Below, piece by piece: positions 1 to 9,615 of a stretch of DNA of 64,000 bases. Under the pieces are notes generated by a model, which was given only the letters and a program-made list of their open reading frames with translations, ran no database searches and was not told where the DNA came from. The translations under genes were made by a program, and so were the position numbers. The stretch is from assembly GCA_033762815.1 (NCBI GenBank), contig JANRLF010000006.1:71631-135630 (forward strand). Reading direction: 5' to 3'. The stretch comes from Chitinophagales bacterium (GTDB lineage Bacteria; Bacteroidota; Bacteroidia; Chitinophagales; CAIOSU01). Positions within the stretch are counted from its first letter, which is position 1, and each line of letters starts with the position of its first letter.

Positions 1-362
1 AACATTTTTTCTATCTGCTGCATCTTTTTGATTGATTTGCGGATAGTGGTAAAGTTGGTCAACATACCGCCCAGCCACCTTTCGGTTACGTAAGGCATGT
101 TGCAACGCTTGGCAGCTTGCTGAACGATTTCCTTACCTTGCTTTTTGGTAGTGATGAAAAGGATTTTCTTTCCTGAACGGGCAATGGATTTCAATGCCTG
201 TGCAGCCTCTTGAAGCTTGTCATGGGTTTTGTAAAGGTCAATGATATGGATGCCTTTCTTTTCCATGAAAATATAAGGGCGCATTTTTGGGTTCCACTTC
301 TTCTTAAGGTGGCCAAAATGTACACCAGCTTCAAGCAATTGTTTATGGGTGATCTCTTGCAT
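1..362 (-). CDS. rpsB: 30S ribosomal protein S2 (5' part; runs off the window)
   Basis: Manual translation from ATG at 362: MQEITHKQLLEAGVHFGHLKKKWNPKMRPY...RWLGGMLTNF. Follows rpsI. Absent from the ORF track because it is truncated. Confidence 0.97.
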   Translation of the reverse strand, partial: MQEITHKQLLEAGVHFGHLKKKWNPKMRPYIFMEKKGIHIIDLYKTHDKLQEAAQALKSIARSGKKILFITTKKQGKEIVQQAAKRCNMPYVTERWLGGMLTNFTTIRKSIKKMQQIEKM

Positions 363-380
363 AATGTCTGCTCTAAACTT

Positions 381-767
381 TTAACGTTTGCTGAATTGTG
401 CTCTCTTACGGGCTTTTCTCAAGCCTGGCTTCTTACGTTCCACCACGCGAGAGTCACGGGTCATTAGGTGGGCGGCTTTCAATTGAGGCTTCAGTTCTGC
501 ATCAATTTCCACCAAAGCCCTGGCGATGCCTAATTTCACGGCATCGGCTTGGCCTTTAATACCACCGCCTTGTACGTTTACGGTTACGTCGTATTGGTTG
601 GTTTGGCCAACTGTTTTCAGCGGCTGCTCAACCTTTAGTCGCAAATGGTTAACGGTGAAATATTCAGCATGGTCTTTGCCGTTCACGGTAATCTTACCGC
701 TACCGGGGTTTAAATATACACGGGCAACTGCTGCTTTTCTGCGGCCCAAAGCGTTTGTAGTACTCAT
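381..767 (-). CDS. rpsI: 30S ribosomal protein S9
   Basis: GRRKAAVARV, GGGIKGQA and ERKKPGLRKARK...QFSKR signatures. Confidence 0.99.
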   Translation of the reverse strand: MSTTNALGRRKAAVARVYLNPGSGKITVNGKDHAEYFTVNHLRLKVEQPLKTVGQTNQYDVTVNVQGGGIKGQADAVKLGIARALVEIDAELKPQLKAAHLMTRDSRVVERKKPGLRKARKRAQFSKR

Positions 768-770
768 CGC

Positions 771-1214
771 TTAAATATTGAAGGATTGGGGCTTTTGAGC
801 AGCATGTGGGTGCTCATTGCCTGCGTAAACGAATAATTTCTTGAACATGGCCCTGCCAAGCTTGGTTTTTGGCAACATGCCTTTTACGGCTATTTCAATC
901 AGGTCATTAGGTTTTTTGGCATTCAGGGCACGTGCCTTTACTTCACGTTGGCCGCCTGGATAACCCGTGTGGCGGATATAGCTCTTAGCATCCCACTTGT
1001 TGCCTGTCAACTGTATCTTCTCTGAGTTGATAACGATTACATAGTCGCCGCAGTCGAAGCTAGGCGTATAGTAAGGCTTGTTCTTTCCCATCAATTTATG
1101 GGCTACTTGCGATGCCAGCCTGCCCAACACTAGGTCGGTAGCGTCTATTACATACCAATCACGCTTTACGATTTTCTCGCTGGCCGATTGGGTTTTGAAA
1201 CTGATTGTATCCAC
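771..1214 (-). CDS. rplM: 50S ribosomal protein L13
   Basis: WYVIDA...LGRLAS, HTGYPGG, GMLPK...LGR and HPHAAQKP motifs. Likely GTG start at 1214. Confidence 0.98.
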   Translation of the reverse strand: MDTISFKTQSASEKIVKRDWYVIDATDLVLGRLASQVAHKLMGKNKPYYTPSFDCGDYVIVINSEKIQLTGNKWDAKSYIRHTGYPGGQREVKARALNAKKPNDLIEIAVKGMLPKTKLGRAMFKKLFVYAGNEHPHAAQKPQSFNI

Positions 1215-1457
1215 GTCAATGTGCTTTGATATTCCAAAAAGGGAATGCAAAGTTAGCCATTATTCAATGGAAAGCAATGTGTGGACAAAAGAATTTTACG
1301 CTTACCTCTATAAACAACTGATTATCAATCCAAATTTTGCCGAAAAAATTTAATTGTCAAAAATACGATTGAAAAACAAGCAGTTGTTAAATGATGCAGC
1401 AATCTTCTATCTGCATTTAAATCTAATTTCTAAATTTATGAGTTGTAAAGAATAAAT

Positions 1458-1823
1458 ATGCGTCTCTTCAAACTTAGTACCTCACTTTGCCACACCGAAA
1501 AAGTGCCTACACTTTCTTGTGAACATTGCAATGCCAAAGGCACATTGCTTTTTAATGCGGAAGCTAGATTTCTAAGTTTTTTCTATATGCCTATTTTACC
1601 TTGGGGTATAGTTGGTTCCAGCCAATGTGAAAACTGCAAGCAGTACTTTGGTATAAACGAAATGCCCCTTCGTTACAAAGAGGCATTTCATATTGTAAAG
1701 TTAAGCGCTACGAGGCCATTATGGCATTACATTGGCTTTTTCTTTCTTGGATTTCCTTTTGTCATATCAGCATTCACAATAGCGATATTGCTAATCATTA
1801 CCATTATAGGGGAGAAACTATAA
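1458..1823 (+). CDS. Zinc-ribbon domain membrane protein
   Basis: Two CxxC pairs (CEHC, CENC), FFYMP, and PLWHYIG before a C-terminal TM helix. Confidence 0.7.
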   Translation: MRLFKLSTSLCHTEKVPTLSCEHCNAKGTLLFNAEARFLSFFYMPILPWGIVGSSQCENCKQYFGINEMPLRYKEAFHIVKLSATRPLWHYIGFFFLGFPFVISAFTIAILLIITIIGEKL

Positions 1824-1827
1824 AATA

Positions 1828-2508
1828 TTAGTCCCTCCTAGCAAAATAAATGGAAACGTAGTATAGCAAAGTAGCCAAGGAGCCCAATGCTGCCACTACG
1901 TATGTCATCGCTGCCCACCAAAGTGCATCTTTTGCCTCACTATGCTCTTTAGAAGTAGCTATATTGCTCGCTTCCAGCCAAGCCAAAGCCCTGCGGGAGG
2001 CGTCAAATTCCACGGGCAAGGTAATGAAGCTGAACAAGGTGGTAGCAGCAAACATTACAATACCAATCAGCAGCAAGTAGGGAAAAGCTTGCAAAAGGAA
2101 AATGCCTGCCAACAATATCCAAGGCATGATGGTGGAACTAACCTGTACTACCGGTACTAGAGCCGAACGCATAGTGAGCCATGTGTATGCTTTAGCATGT
2201 TGTACGGCGTGGCCACATTCGTGGGCAGCTACTGCAGCAGCGGCAATGTTACGTCCCTCATATACCTCGGGGCTTAAATTCACCGTGCGATTGGCTGGGT
2301 TGTAATGGTCGCTCAAAAAGCCGGGGGTAGAAGTTACTGACACACCTGTGATATTGTAATCACGCAGCATTTTTTCTGCTACTTCTTTACCCGTTAAACC
2401 TGCCGTTAAATATTCTTTTGAATATTTATTGAATTTGCTCTTCAGCCTATAACTTACCGCCCAGCTAAGGAGCATAAAAACGATTGCTATCAAATAAATT
2501 CCTGCCAT
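1828..2508 (-). CDS. YugP-family neutral zinc metallopeptidase (membrane)
   Basis: LSDHYNP, AAHECGHAVQH (HExxH), TLPVEFDASRRA and AAMTYVVAA motifs. Confidence 0.93.
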   Translation of the reverse strand: MAGIYLIAIVFMLLSWAVSYRLKSKFNKYSKEYLTAGLTGKEVAEKMLRDYNITGVSVTSTPGFLSDHYNPANRTVNLSPEVYEGRNIAAAAVAAHECGHAVQHAKAYTWLTMRSALVPVVQVSSTIMPWILLAGIFLLQAFPYLLLIGIVMFAATTLFSFITLPVEFDASRRALAWLEASNIATSKEHSEAKDALWWAAMTYVVAALGSLATLLYYVSIYFARRD

Positions 2509-2632
2509 TTCAATTCGATGTTTGTTGTTGAAATATAATAACAAATGATGTGCCTCATATGTTGTACTGCCATTATGACTATAATAGGATATGATTTAAC
2601 AACTTAAAAAGGGTATTATCTGCCATTAGCAA

Positions 2633-2655
2633 CCCTTAATTAGTCTAAATAAGGG
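2633..2655. promoter_or_regulatory. Palindromic operator (possible Fur-type box) upstream of the iron permease
   Basis: CCCTTAATTAGTCTAAATAAGGG is a near-perfect inverted repeat, just upstream of a TAGTTTTG -7 element and the FTR1 gene. Confidence 0.5.
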
Positions 2656-2693
2656 GAATGGCTTAGTTTTGCCCCCCAATAAAAACCAATTCG

Positions 2694-3530
2694 GTGCTTG
2701 AAAGTTTCATTATTTTATTCAGGGAGTCGTTTGAGGCGGCACTTATTACTGGTATTGTTCTAAGTTATCTCAATCGTAAGGGAGCCCAAGAGCAAATCCG
2801 CACTGTATGGCATGGGGTAATAACGGGTATTGTGGCAAGTTTGGTCATTGGTATTGCATTTAAATTATTCTCATTCGAGTTTGAAGGAGAGGCAGAAGAA
2901 ATTTTTGAAGGCGTTACCATGCTGGTTACGGCTGCCATGTTGTCAAGTTTTATTATTTACATGATTAGGGTGAAGCCCAGTGTAAAACAAATAGAATCGG
3001 AGACGGGGGAAAAACTAGGCAATAAATGGGGATTGTTTTTTTTGGTTGCAATATCCATTTTACGAGAAGGCATTGAATCAGTACTGTTCCTAGTAGGTCT
3101 TAATGTTAATGGTATTGAAGGACTAATCGGCAGCTTGCTGGGACTACTGGTAGGTATTGGTTTGGTTTACCTGCTGTTCAAAGGCTTCGTAAGGCTCAAC
3201 TTTAAGGTACTTTTTGGTACCACCAATGCTTTGTTGATGCTGATTGCCGCCGGATTGGTAGCCCATGGCATTCATGAATTACAGGAGGCTGGGGTAATCA
3301 ATGTATTGAGTCAAACCGCATGGGATATCAATCCTGCAATAACTGCGGAAGGGGAATACCCATTGCTGCACGAAAAGGGGGCCATCGGATCCATTATGGT
3401 TTCTTTGTTTGGTTATAATGGCAACCCCTCCGTATTGGAAATTGTTTGTTATGTAGCCTATCTGTTAACAGTTGGTAGTGCCGCATACCTCGGAGGAGCG
3501 AGAAAATCTTCAGGGGAAAAGGCTGCCTAG
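2694..3530 (+). CDS. FTR1/EfeU family high-affinity iron permease
   Basis: Two RExxE motifs (RESFE, REGIE), HELQEAG, about 7 TM helices. Confidence 0.93.
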   Translation: MLESFIILFRESFEAALITGIVLSYLNRKGAQEQIRTVWHGVITGIVASLVIGIAFKLFSFEFEGEAEEIFEGVTMLVTAAMLSSFIIYMIRVKPSVKQIESETGEKLGNKWGLFFLVAISILREGIESVLFLVGLNVNGIEGLIGSLLGLLVGIGLVYLLFKGFVRLNFKVLFGTTNALLMLIAAGLVAHGIHELQEAGVINVLSQTAWDINPAITAEGEYPLLHEKGAIGSIMVSLFGYNGNPSVLEIVCYVAYLLTVGSAAYLGGARKSSGEKAA

Positions 3531-4114
3531 TTCTGCTCCTTCACTATTTGCACGGTGCTGCTTCTATCAATAACCAATGGGGGCATGCCGCTACAGGAGG
3601 CTTCACTTTTCTTCAACCTTGCAAAACCGCCACTGTACATTTCTCCTTTATAATAGCAATTGCCAGAAGGTTTGGAAAACTCGGCAGGCAAAGTAATGAC
3701 CATATTGTTCGTCTTGTCAATGTACCCTATTTTATGGTACTTCTTTTCTTCCGGCTTGTCGACCCAGCTAATATTGAGTATGGCTACATAAGCTAGCCCC
3801 TCACTAAAACGCCCGATGGCATCGTACATTAGGTTAATGACCAATATCCCTTGCTCATTGATGTATCCATACTTCCAGCCATCTACTTTATCAAAGATGC
3901 CCACAGGCGCCATTCCCTCGCTGAACGGCCCAGCATAATCATATACGGGAGGCACCTTCCAGTTGCCCCCTTCATCTTGGTAGCCCCATTTTACCTCGCC
4001 GTACACTACGCCCTTTTCGTTTTCAACCATCAAGGTATCCGCTACGGGTGTTAGTTGTTGGGCACACAGTACTGTGCTTAGCAATAAGACACTTAACAAA
4101 TAAACAAACCTCAT
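3527..4114 (-). CDS. WG-repeat secreted protein
   Basis: Signal peptide; repeats KWGY...YDYAGPFSEGMA, YGYIN...FSEGLAYV and GYIDK. Confidence 0.85.
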   Translation of the reverse strand: MRFVYLLSVLLLSTVLCAQQLTPVADTLMVENEKGVVYGEVKWGYQDEGGNWKVPPVYDYAGPFSEGMAPVGIFDKVDGWKYGYINEQGILVINLMYDAIGRFSEGLAYVAILNISWVDKPEEKKYHKIGYIDKTNNMVITLPAEFSKPSGNCYYKGEMYSGGFARLKKSEASCSGMPPLVIDRSSTVQIVKEQN

Positions 4115-4239
4115 AACCGCTGTTTTCAGTACAAAAATATTAAAAACCCAGTAGATATGGGTGGATTGGCCACATGCCGCCGCCCGCCGCATTTATTTCC
4201 TCTATTTAGTGTATTTGGTTAACTTAACGCTTGCTTAAC

Positions 4240-4788
4240 ATGGTAAGGAAGAAAAAGCCAAAAAAGATTAACCGCATAATAGGTAGAAGCGATAAGATAG
4301 ACCTGCCTGACATGCACTTGTATGACCTTGATGCCAAGATAGACACCGGGGCGTATACCAGTGCCATTCATTGTGGCAATATCCGTGTGGAAGAAAACGG
4401 GCAAGGTAATGTCTTGAAATTTATATTGCTGGATAAAAAGCACCCTGCCTATAACAAGAAAAAATTTGAAGTAACCGATTTCAGGAAAAGGATAATCAAG
4501 AATTCGTTCGGCCAGGCCGAGGAACGTTTTATCATCAAGACGGCGATTGTTATTTTTGGACAGAAATTTGAAACGGAGTTTTCACTCAGTAAAAGGGGCA
4601 ATCTAAAATTTCCCGTATTGCTGGGCCGCAAGTTCCTGCAAAAAGGCAGGTTCATGGTGGAGGTAACCAAATATAACCTGTCCTACAAAGCTAAAAACAG
4701 CAAGTATGAAAATCGCGATATTGTCGAGAAATCCCAAGCTGTACTCGACAAGGAGATTGGTAGAAGCCGCGCAACGCCGGGGTCATGA
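4240..4788 (+). CDS. RimK-associated aspartyl-type ('ATP-dependent zinc') protease
   Basis: [10 protein letters not shown] and [10 protein letters not shown] motifs; directly upstream of and overlapping rimK. Confidence 0.88.
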   Translation: MVRKKKPKKINRIIGRSDKIDLPDMHLYDLDAKIDTGAYTSAIHCGNIRVEENGQGNVLKFILLDKKHPAYNKKKFEVTDFRKRIIKNSFGQAEERFIIKTAIVIFGQKFETEFSLSKRGNLKFPVLLGRKFLQKGRFMVEVTKYNLSYKAKNSKYENRDIVEKSQAVLDKEIGRSRATPGS

Positions 4789-5614
4789 AGCATTGGTGAT
4801 TGACCATTTGAAGTGTAACATTGTAATAGAACAAAAAAAGCCATCGGTTCACTACCACGGCAAAGCTTTGGAAGGGGTAGATGCCATTATACCCCGTATT
4901 GGTGCCAGTGTCACTTTTTATGGTTCGGCAGTAGTGCGGCAGTTTGAAATGATGAAAGTCTTTTCTGCCATAGAATCGCAAGCCTTGCTGCGCTCTAGGG
5001 ACAAACTGAGGAGTTTGCAGATTCTTTCCCGGGCTGGGTTGGGCTTACCCAAAACCGTATTTACCAACTATACCCGCGAAACCAAGGATATTGTGGATTC
5101 GGTTGGCGGTGCCCCTGTAGTCATCAAGTTGCTGGAGGGCACCCAAGGGCTAGGTGTAGTGCTGGCAGAGAACCAAGAAGCTGCGAGTTCGGTTATTGAG
5201 GCCTTTCATAATTTGAAAGCACGCATTATTGTACAGGAATTCATAAAGGAAGTGAAAGGCGCTGATATCAGGGCATTTGTAGTGCATGGCAAGGTAATAG
5301 GTGCCATGCGTCGCCAAGCCAAATCGGGCGAATTCAGGTCAAATTTACACCGGGGTGGTACCGCATCCGTCATTGAGCTGTCCAAAGAGGAGAAGAGGGC
5401 TGCAGTAAAGGCAGCTAAAGCGATGGGTTTAAGTATAGCTGGCGTGGATATGCTACAATCTAAAAGAGGGCCCTTGATATTGGAGGTGAACTCTTCACCT
5501 GGCCTGGAAGGTATTGAAAGGGCAACAAATATTGATGTTGCAGAAGCTATCATCAAGTATATTGAAAAGAATGCCTTGAAAGATAAGATACAAAAAGACA
5601 AGGTGAACGCCTGA
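4706..5614 (+). CDS. rimK: Ribosomal protein S6--L-glutamate ligase (ATP-grasp)
   Basis: [38 protein letters not shown] and [12 protein letters not shown] motifs. Confidence 0.97.
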   Translation: MKIAILSRNPKLYSTRRLVEAAQRRGHEALVIDHLKCNIVIEQKKPSVHYHGKALEGVDAIIPRIGASVTFYGSAVVRQFEMMKVFSAIESQALLRSRDKLRSLQILSRAGLGLPKTVFTNYTRETKDIVDSVGGAPVVIKLLEGTQGLGVVLAENQEAASSVIEAFHNLKARIIVQEFIKEVKGADIRAFVVHGKVIGAMRRQAKSGEFRSNLHRGGTASVIELSKEEKRAAVKAAKAMGLSIAGVDMLQSKRGPLILEVNSSPGLEGIERATNIDVAEAIIKYIEKNALKDKIQKDKVNA

Positions 5615-6558
5615 TGCCGAAAATAATCAACATTGCAGGGCAGAAAATAAAGTTAGGCGAAGAAAAAACAGTATTGCTCAATATTGCCCGACTGCCAACC
5701 CGTACTTCCATTGATACGCCCATCATCGTTAGCCGGGGAGAAAAGGATGGCCCTGTATTGCTCATGTTGGCAGGGCTGCACGGCGATGAAATTAACGGCG
5801 TAGAAATATTAAGGCAGCTCTTGGCCAAAAACTACAATAGGCCTGAAGTGGGCAGTGTCATTTGCGTGCCGGTAATGAACATTTATGGTTTCCTGAATTA
5901 TTCCCGCGATTTACCCGATGGCAAGGACATTAACCGTTCTTTTCCTGGCTCGCCCCATGGTTCTTTGGCCAGTTTGGTGGCTTACCATACCATGAAGGAT
6001 ATTTTACCGCTCATCGATTATGGCATCGATTTCCATACAGGGGGTGGGCAGCGGGCCAATTTCCCGCAAGTGCGCTGCAAGATGGACGATGCGGTCAACC
6101 AAGCGTTGGCACATGCATTCAACCCTCCATTTATCGTAAACTCTAATTTCAGGAACAAGTCTTTGAGACAGCTGGCCATGCGCAACAACAAACGCATCAT
6201 AGTGTACGAGGGCGGCGAATCGCAGCGTTTCGATAATGATGCTATCAGCGAAGGGCTTGCCGGAGCTAGGCGAATAATGAAGTATTTAGGATTAAGTAAA
6301 ACAGCCCCTGATATAAGGCGCGAACCTATATTGATCAGAAAGAGCGCATGGGTAAGGGCACATACTGCCGGTATATTCCATTCTACCGTACCGCTGGGTG
6401 CCATGGTTACCAAAAATCAAAAACTGGGCTTTATTACCGATCCTTATGGGGACTTTGAAGTGAGGTTGAAATCGCCCTCAGATGGTTATGTCATCGGCTT
6501 GAACAACAACCCTATCATCAACCATGGTGATGCCTTACTGCATATTGGTGTATTATAA
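5614..6558 (+). CDS. Succinylglutamate desuccinylase/aspartoacylase family protein
   Basis: HGDEING, DINRSFPG, IDFHTGG and YEGGE motifs; usual rimK neighbour. Confidence 0.92.
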   Translation: MPKIINIAGQKIKLGEEKTVLLNIARLPTRTSIDTPIIVSRGEKDGPVLLMLAGLHGDEINGVEILRQLLAKNYNRPEVGSVICVPVMNIYGFLNYSRDLPDGKDINRSFPGSPHGSLASLVAYHTMKDILPLIDYGIDFHTGGGQRANFPQVRCKMDDAVNQALAHAFNPPFIVNSNFRNKSLRQLAMRNNKRIIVYEGGESQRFDNDAISEGLAGARRIMKYLGLSKTAPDIRREPILIRKSAWVRAHTAGIFHSTVPLGAMVTKNQKLGFITDPYGDFEVRLKSPSDGYVIGLNNNPIINHGDALLHIGVL

Positions 6559-7401
6559 GGCGTGAAGGATGGTTTGCCATGCTTCGTCAACCTTCCCCTC
6601 TTCCAACAATTGTCGGATGCTTAAGTGCAAAGCCTCCGTATCCGCCATTGCCCCCGTTTGAAACGTAATATCTTTTACTGGAATTGCTGTTACGTTGGCA
6701 AGCATCGCCAAATGATTTCCCGTAAGTACCTTGCTGTATTTTATCTGTTGGGGCAATTGATCCATGCCTATTACAATTCGCTCCGGCGGTTGCGGTAGGT
6801 CAAAAATGGCAGCTCCTGAAGCACGCACATATTTGGAACCGCCCAATCTACCGCAAAGGTCAATTTTATGAACATCGATATGGCCTTTTTCATCCAATAC
6901 CGCCTTATGGATATGGGCCAGCACTATTTCGCATATGAACAGATTGCCAGCACCGCCCTCCTGGCCTAGTTCAATCACGTCCTTCACTTTACACTCAAAT
7001 TGGGCAGGGGCCTCTGCTACCCTGTAAGGCTTCACTTTTAAAGAAGCGAGGGGCGTTAAGCCCGCTTTCTCAAACTCGTTTATGCTTGCCCCATACTCCA
7101 CGCTCGCCAATGCCATTTGTCTTACAATATTGTAGCTCACCGCATTGATCACTACATCACCGGTAGCTTTAATGTTCGCATAGGTATCTTTGGTAGAATT
7201 GTCGCGCACCCTTCTATTGGCCGAAAACACCAAAATGGGCGGGTTGGAACTGTAAGCATTGTAAAAACTGAAAGGTGCTAAATTGGGAATACCTTCCTCA
7301 TCAACAGTACTGGCAAATGCAATGGGTCTTGGCGCCACGGCACCCAACATGTAACTATGAAAAGCCGAAGTGGAAATATCGGCAGGGTCTACTGTTATCA
7401 T
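6553..7401 (-). CDS. Flavin reductase family protein
   Basis: PRPIAFAST...NLAPFSFYN and KDTYANI motifs. Confidence 0.9.
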   Translation of the reverse strand: MITVDPADISTSAFHSYMLGAVAPRPIAFASTVDEEGIPNLAPFSFYNAYSSNPPILVFSANRRVRDNSTKDTYANIKATGDVVINAVSYNIVRQMALASVEYGASINEFEKAGLTPLASLKVKPYRVAEAPAQFECKVKDVIELGQEGGAGNLFICEIVLAHIHKAVLDEKGHIDVHKIDLCGRLGGSKYVRASGAAIFDLPQPPERIVIGMDQLPQQIKYSKVLTGNHLAMLANVTAIPVKDITFQTGAMADTEALHLSIRQLLEEGKVDEAWQTILHAL

Positions 7402-8417
7402 TTGGCAGCTTGTTTTTTCAATGCCAAAATGGAAAAGTTATCTACCGCCTTTTCGATGGTATTCTCCAACTTGCCCAAACCCGTCACCTCCATCACTACC
7501 TTATCGCCGGGTTGCAACCATTGCGGTTGAAAGTTTGGGTCGAGGCGTTTGCCGGTTCCGTTCAATTCCAGAAAGCAGCCTGTACCCACGGTACCCGAGC
7601 CAATGACATCTCCAGGCAATAAATCGACCCCATAAGAAGCGCGTTCAATTATTTCGGCAAAGGTCCAGTCCATATCGGCCATATTACCTTCTGAAACGGT
7701 TTTGCCATTTACTTGGCAGCTCATTTTTAAATCATAGGCCTTGCCCTTATGGCCTGTTTTTGGGGCCACCAAGTAGCCTTCCAATTCATCTGGCGTTACC
7801 AGCCAGGGGCCCAATACGGTGCAAAAATCCTTGCCTTTTGCAGGGCCTAGGTTCAGTTTCATTTCTTCCATCTGCAGCAGGCGGGCGCTCATGTCGTTCA
7901 TAATCATAAAGCCCGCAATATAATCATCGGCGTACTCAGCCTTTATGTTCCTGCCTTCTTGGCCTATTACTATTGCTACTTCCAATTCAAAATCCAATTG
8001 TTGCAAGTGGTCGGGCATCACCTCTATTTCACCAGGACCCATAATCGCATTGTGGTTGGTAAAATAAAAAACGGGGTACTCGTCAAATTCTGGAATCATC
8101 TCCACCCCTCTATTGCGTCGGGCTGCCTCCACATGTTGCCTAAAGGCATAAGCATCCCGGGTGGAAGTTGGAAAGGGCACCGGAGCTAGCAATTCCAGTT
8201 TTTCCAGTTTCATCCCTTGGCTGGCATTCACTTTTCCGCTTTTGATTTTTTGGTCCAATTCCTTTGCCCAAGCCATGCCTTCTTCCCCTTCGAACAAGAA
8301 ATCGGACATATTGTCGGGTATTCGTTTGTCCAGTTTATGGGCATTGTAAGCTATGCCATCCACCAAAATGGCTAAATGGTCTTCTTCGTCATCGGCAAGG
8401 TAAGAAATGAGTTTCAT
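7398..8417 (-). CDS. Fumarylacetoacetate hydrolase family protein
   Basis: LDFELE, MNDMSARLLQ, AKGKDF and GDVIGSGTVGTG motifs. Confidence 0.92.
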   Translation of the reverse strand: MKLISYLADDEEDHLAILVDGIAYNAHKLDKRIPDNMSDFLFEGEEGMAWAKELDQKIKSGKVNASQGMKLEKLELLAPVPFPTSTRDAYAFRQHVEAARRNRGVEMIPEFDEYPVFYFTNHNAIMGPGEIEVMPDHLQQLDFELEVAIVIGQEGRNIKAEYADDYIAGFMIMNDMSARLLQMEEMKLNLGPAKGKDFCTVLGPWLVTPDELEGYLVAPKTGHKGKAYDLKMSCQVNGKTVSEGNMADMDWTFAEIIERASYGVDLLPGDVIGSGTVGTGCFLELNGTGKRLDPNFQPQWLQPGDKVVMEVTGLGKLENTIEKAVDNFSILALKKQAAK

Positions 8418-8535
8418 GGGTACGGCTTTGATGCCAAAGATAAATCATATGGCAGGATATAGGTCAATTTTACTTTGTTATACTCATCTTGTTGTTTGGT
8501 AAATAAGCCGGATGGGTTATCCGGTTGCTCGAACG

Positions 8536-9252
8536 CTAAAACATTTTAGAAAGAAGCTCATAAAGCCTTTCGTACACTCCAATAATATCAAAGAATTGAT
8601 TGGGAGCCAATAATACCAATGTAATAAAATAGGGACTTTTGTAAAATCCCTTTCGCTTTTCAAACAACAGCAATATCAGCAACACAAAATCTATTACTCC
8701 AAAGGTGAGCAATCGCGAAGTCAGCTCAATACCGTTGATCATATCCAATCTAAACCACATCAAATTGGAGCGAAAGACGACAGGCCCAAGTAATACAAAA
8801 GATGTACTCAAAATGTATTTTACATGCAGTAAAGGCACCTTTACATAATAGATAGCCATTGCATATAAGAAGCAGAAAACAAGAACCGACGCTATTTGGG
8901 AAAACAGCACACTAAAAGCTCTTGGGGCTGGAACAACTACATGTCCATGATAATAGGTATTAAGGGCAGATAATACGGTAGTAAGCGCAATAATGGGTAC
9001 TATTGCCTTGGAAGCAGCACCAACTATCCTATGCGCCTTGATTTGGCCCATCCGAATAAAGATAGGCTGTAAGAAAAACATGATGGTCCAAAAAAATAAT
9101 GCAAATCCATGGATTTGGACGACTAAAGGAGAATTATAAACAGCGGCATCACGTCCCCAAAAAGATTTTGTAAACACGATTAATATGGCAGCTGAAACAA
9201 CTACCGATAAGTACAGAGCCAACCGATAATATGAAGCAATCTCTTTGTTCAA
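8536..9252 (-). CDS. Hypothetical multi-pass membrane protein
   Basis: About 6 TM helices with His residues (IHG, HRIVG, LHVKY); TTG start. Confidence 0.7.
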   Translation of the reverse strand: MNKEIASYYRLALYLSVVVSAAILIVFTKSFWGRDAAVYNSPLVVQIHGFALFFWTIMFFLQPIFIRMGQIKAHRIVGAASKAIVPIIALTTVLSALNTYYHGHVVVPAPRAFSVLFSQIASVLVFCFLYAMAIYYVKVPLLHVKYILSTSFVLLGPVVFRSNLMWFRLDMINGIELTSRLLTFGVIDFVLLILLLFEKRKGFYKSPYFITLVLLAPNQFFDIIGVYERLYELLSKMF

Positions 9253-9615
9253 TTGTAGTGTGCCTAAACTTTCTTAAAGATACCAATCTATTTATTGTCG
9301 ACCTCAGCCAACGGCACGTTAGTAAAAATAGCGCCTTCACAAAGTTAACCCTAAGGTGATTTAATAAATCCCCTTGAAACGATTTCAAGCAAAATGCTGG
9401 TGGAATGTAAATACCGAACCTATTAAATCAGTTTCATGCATCAATTTACTGTTAAATTTTCCCCCGCTATTTTGCGCACCACATTCAATATCGGTCACTT
9501 ATAAGAGTTTTAAACCGAAAATCTGTCGTGCAATTGATTCCCAGCAATTAACCCTCTTTAAAGTATAGAAATTAATCTTACTTTAGCTGCCTGCTTTAAT
9601 AAAGAAAACCCCCAT

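Noticed and set aside
210-467. 85-aa plus-strand ORF
   Set aside because: Antisense to rpsB and rpsI.
4240-6558. Protease-rimK-deacylase trio as a new system
   Set aside because: A well-known conserved gene neighbourhood.
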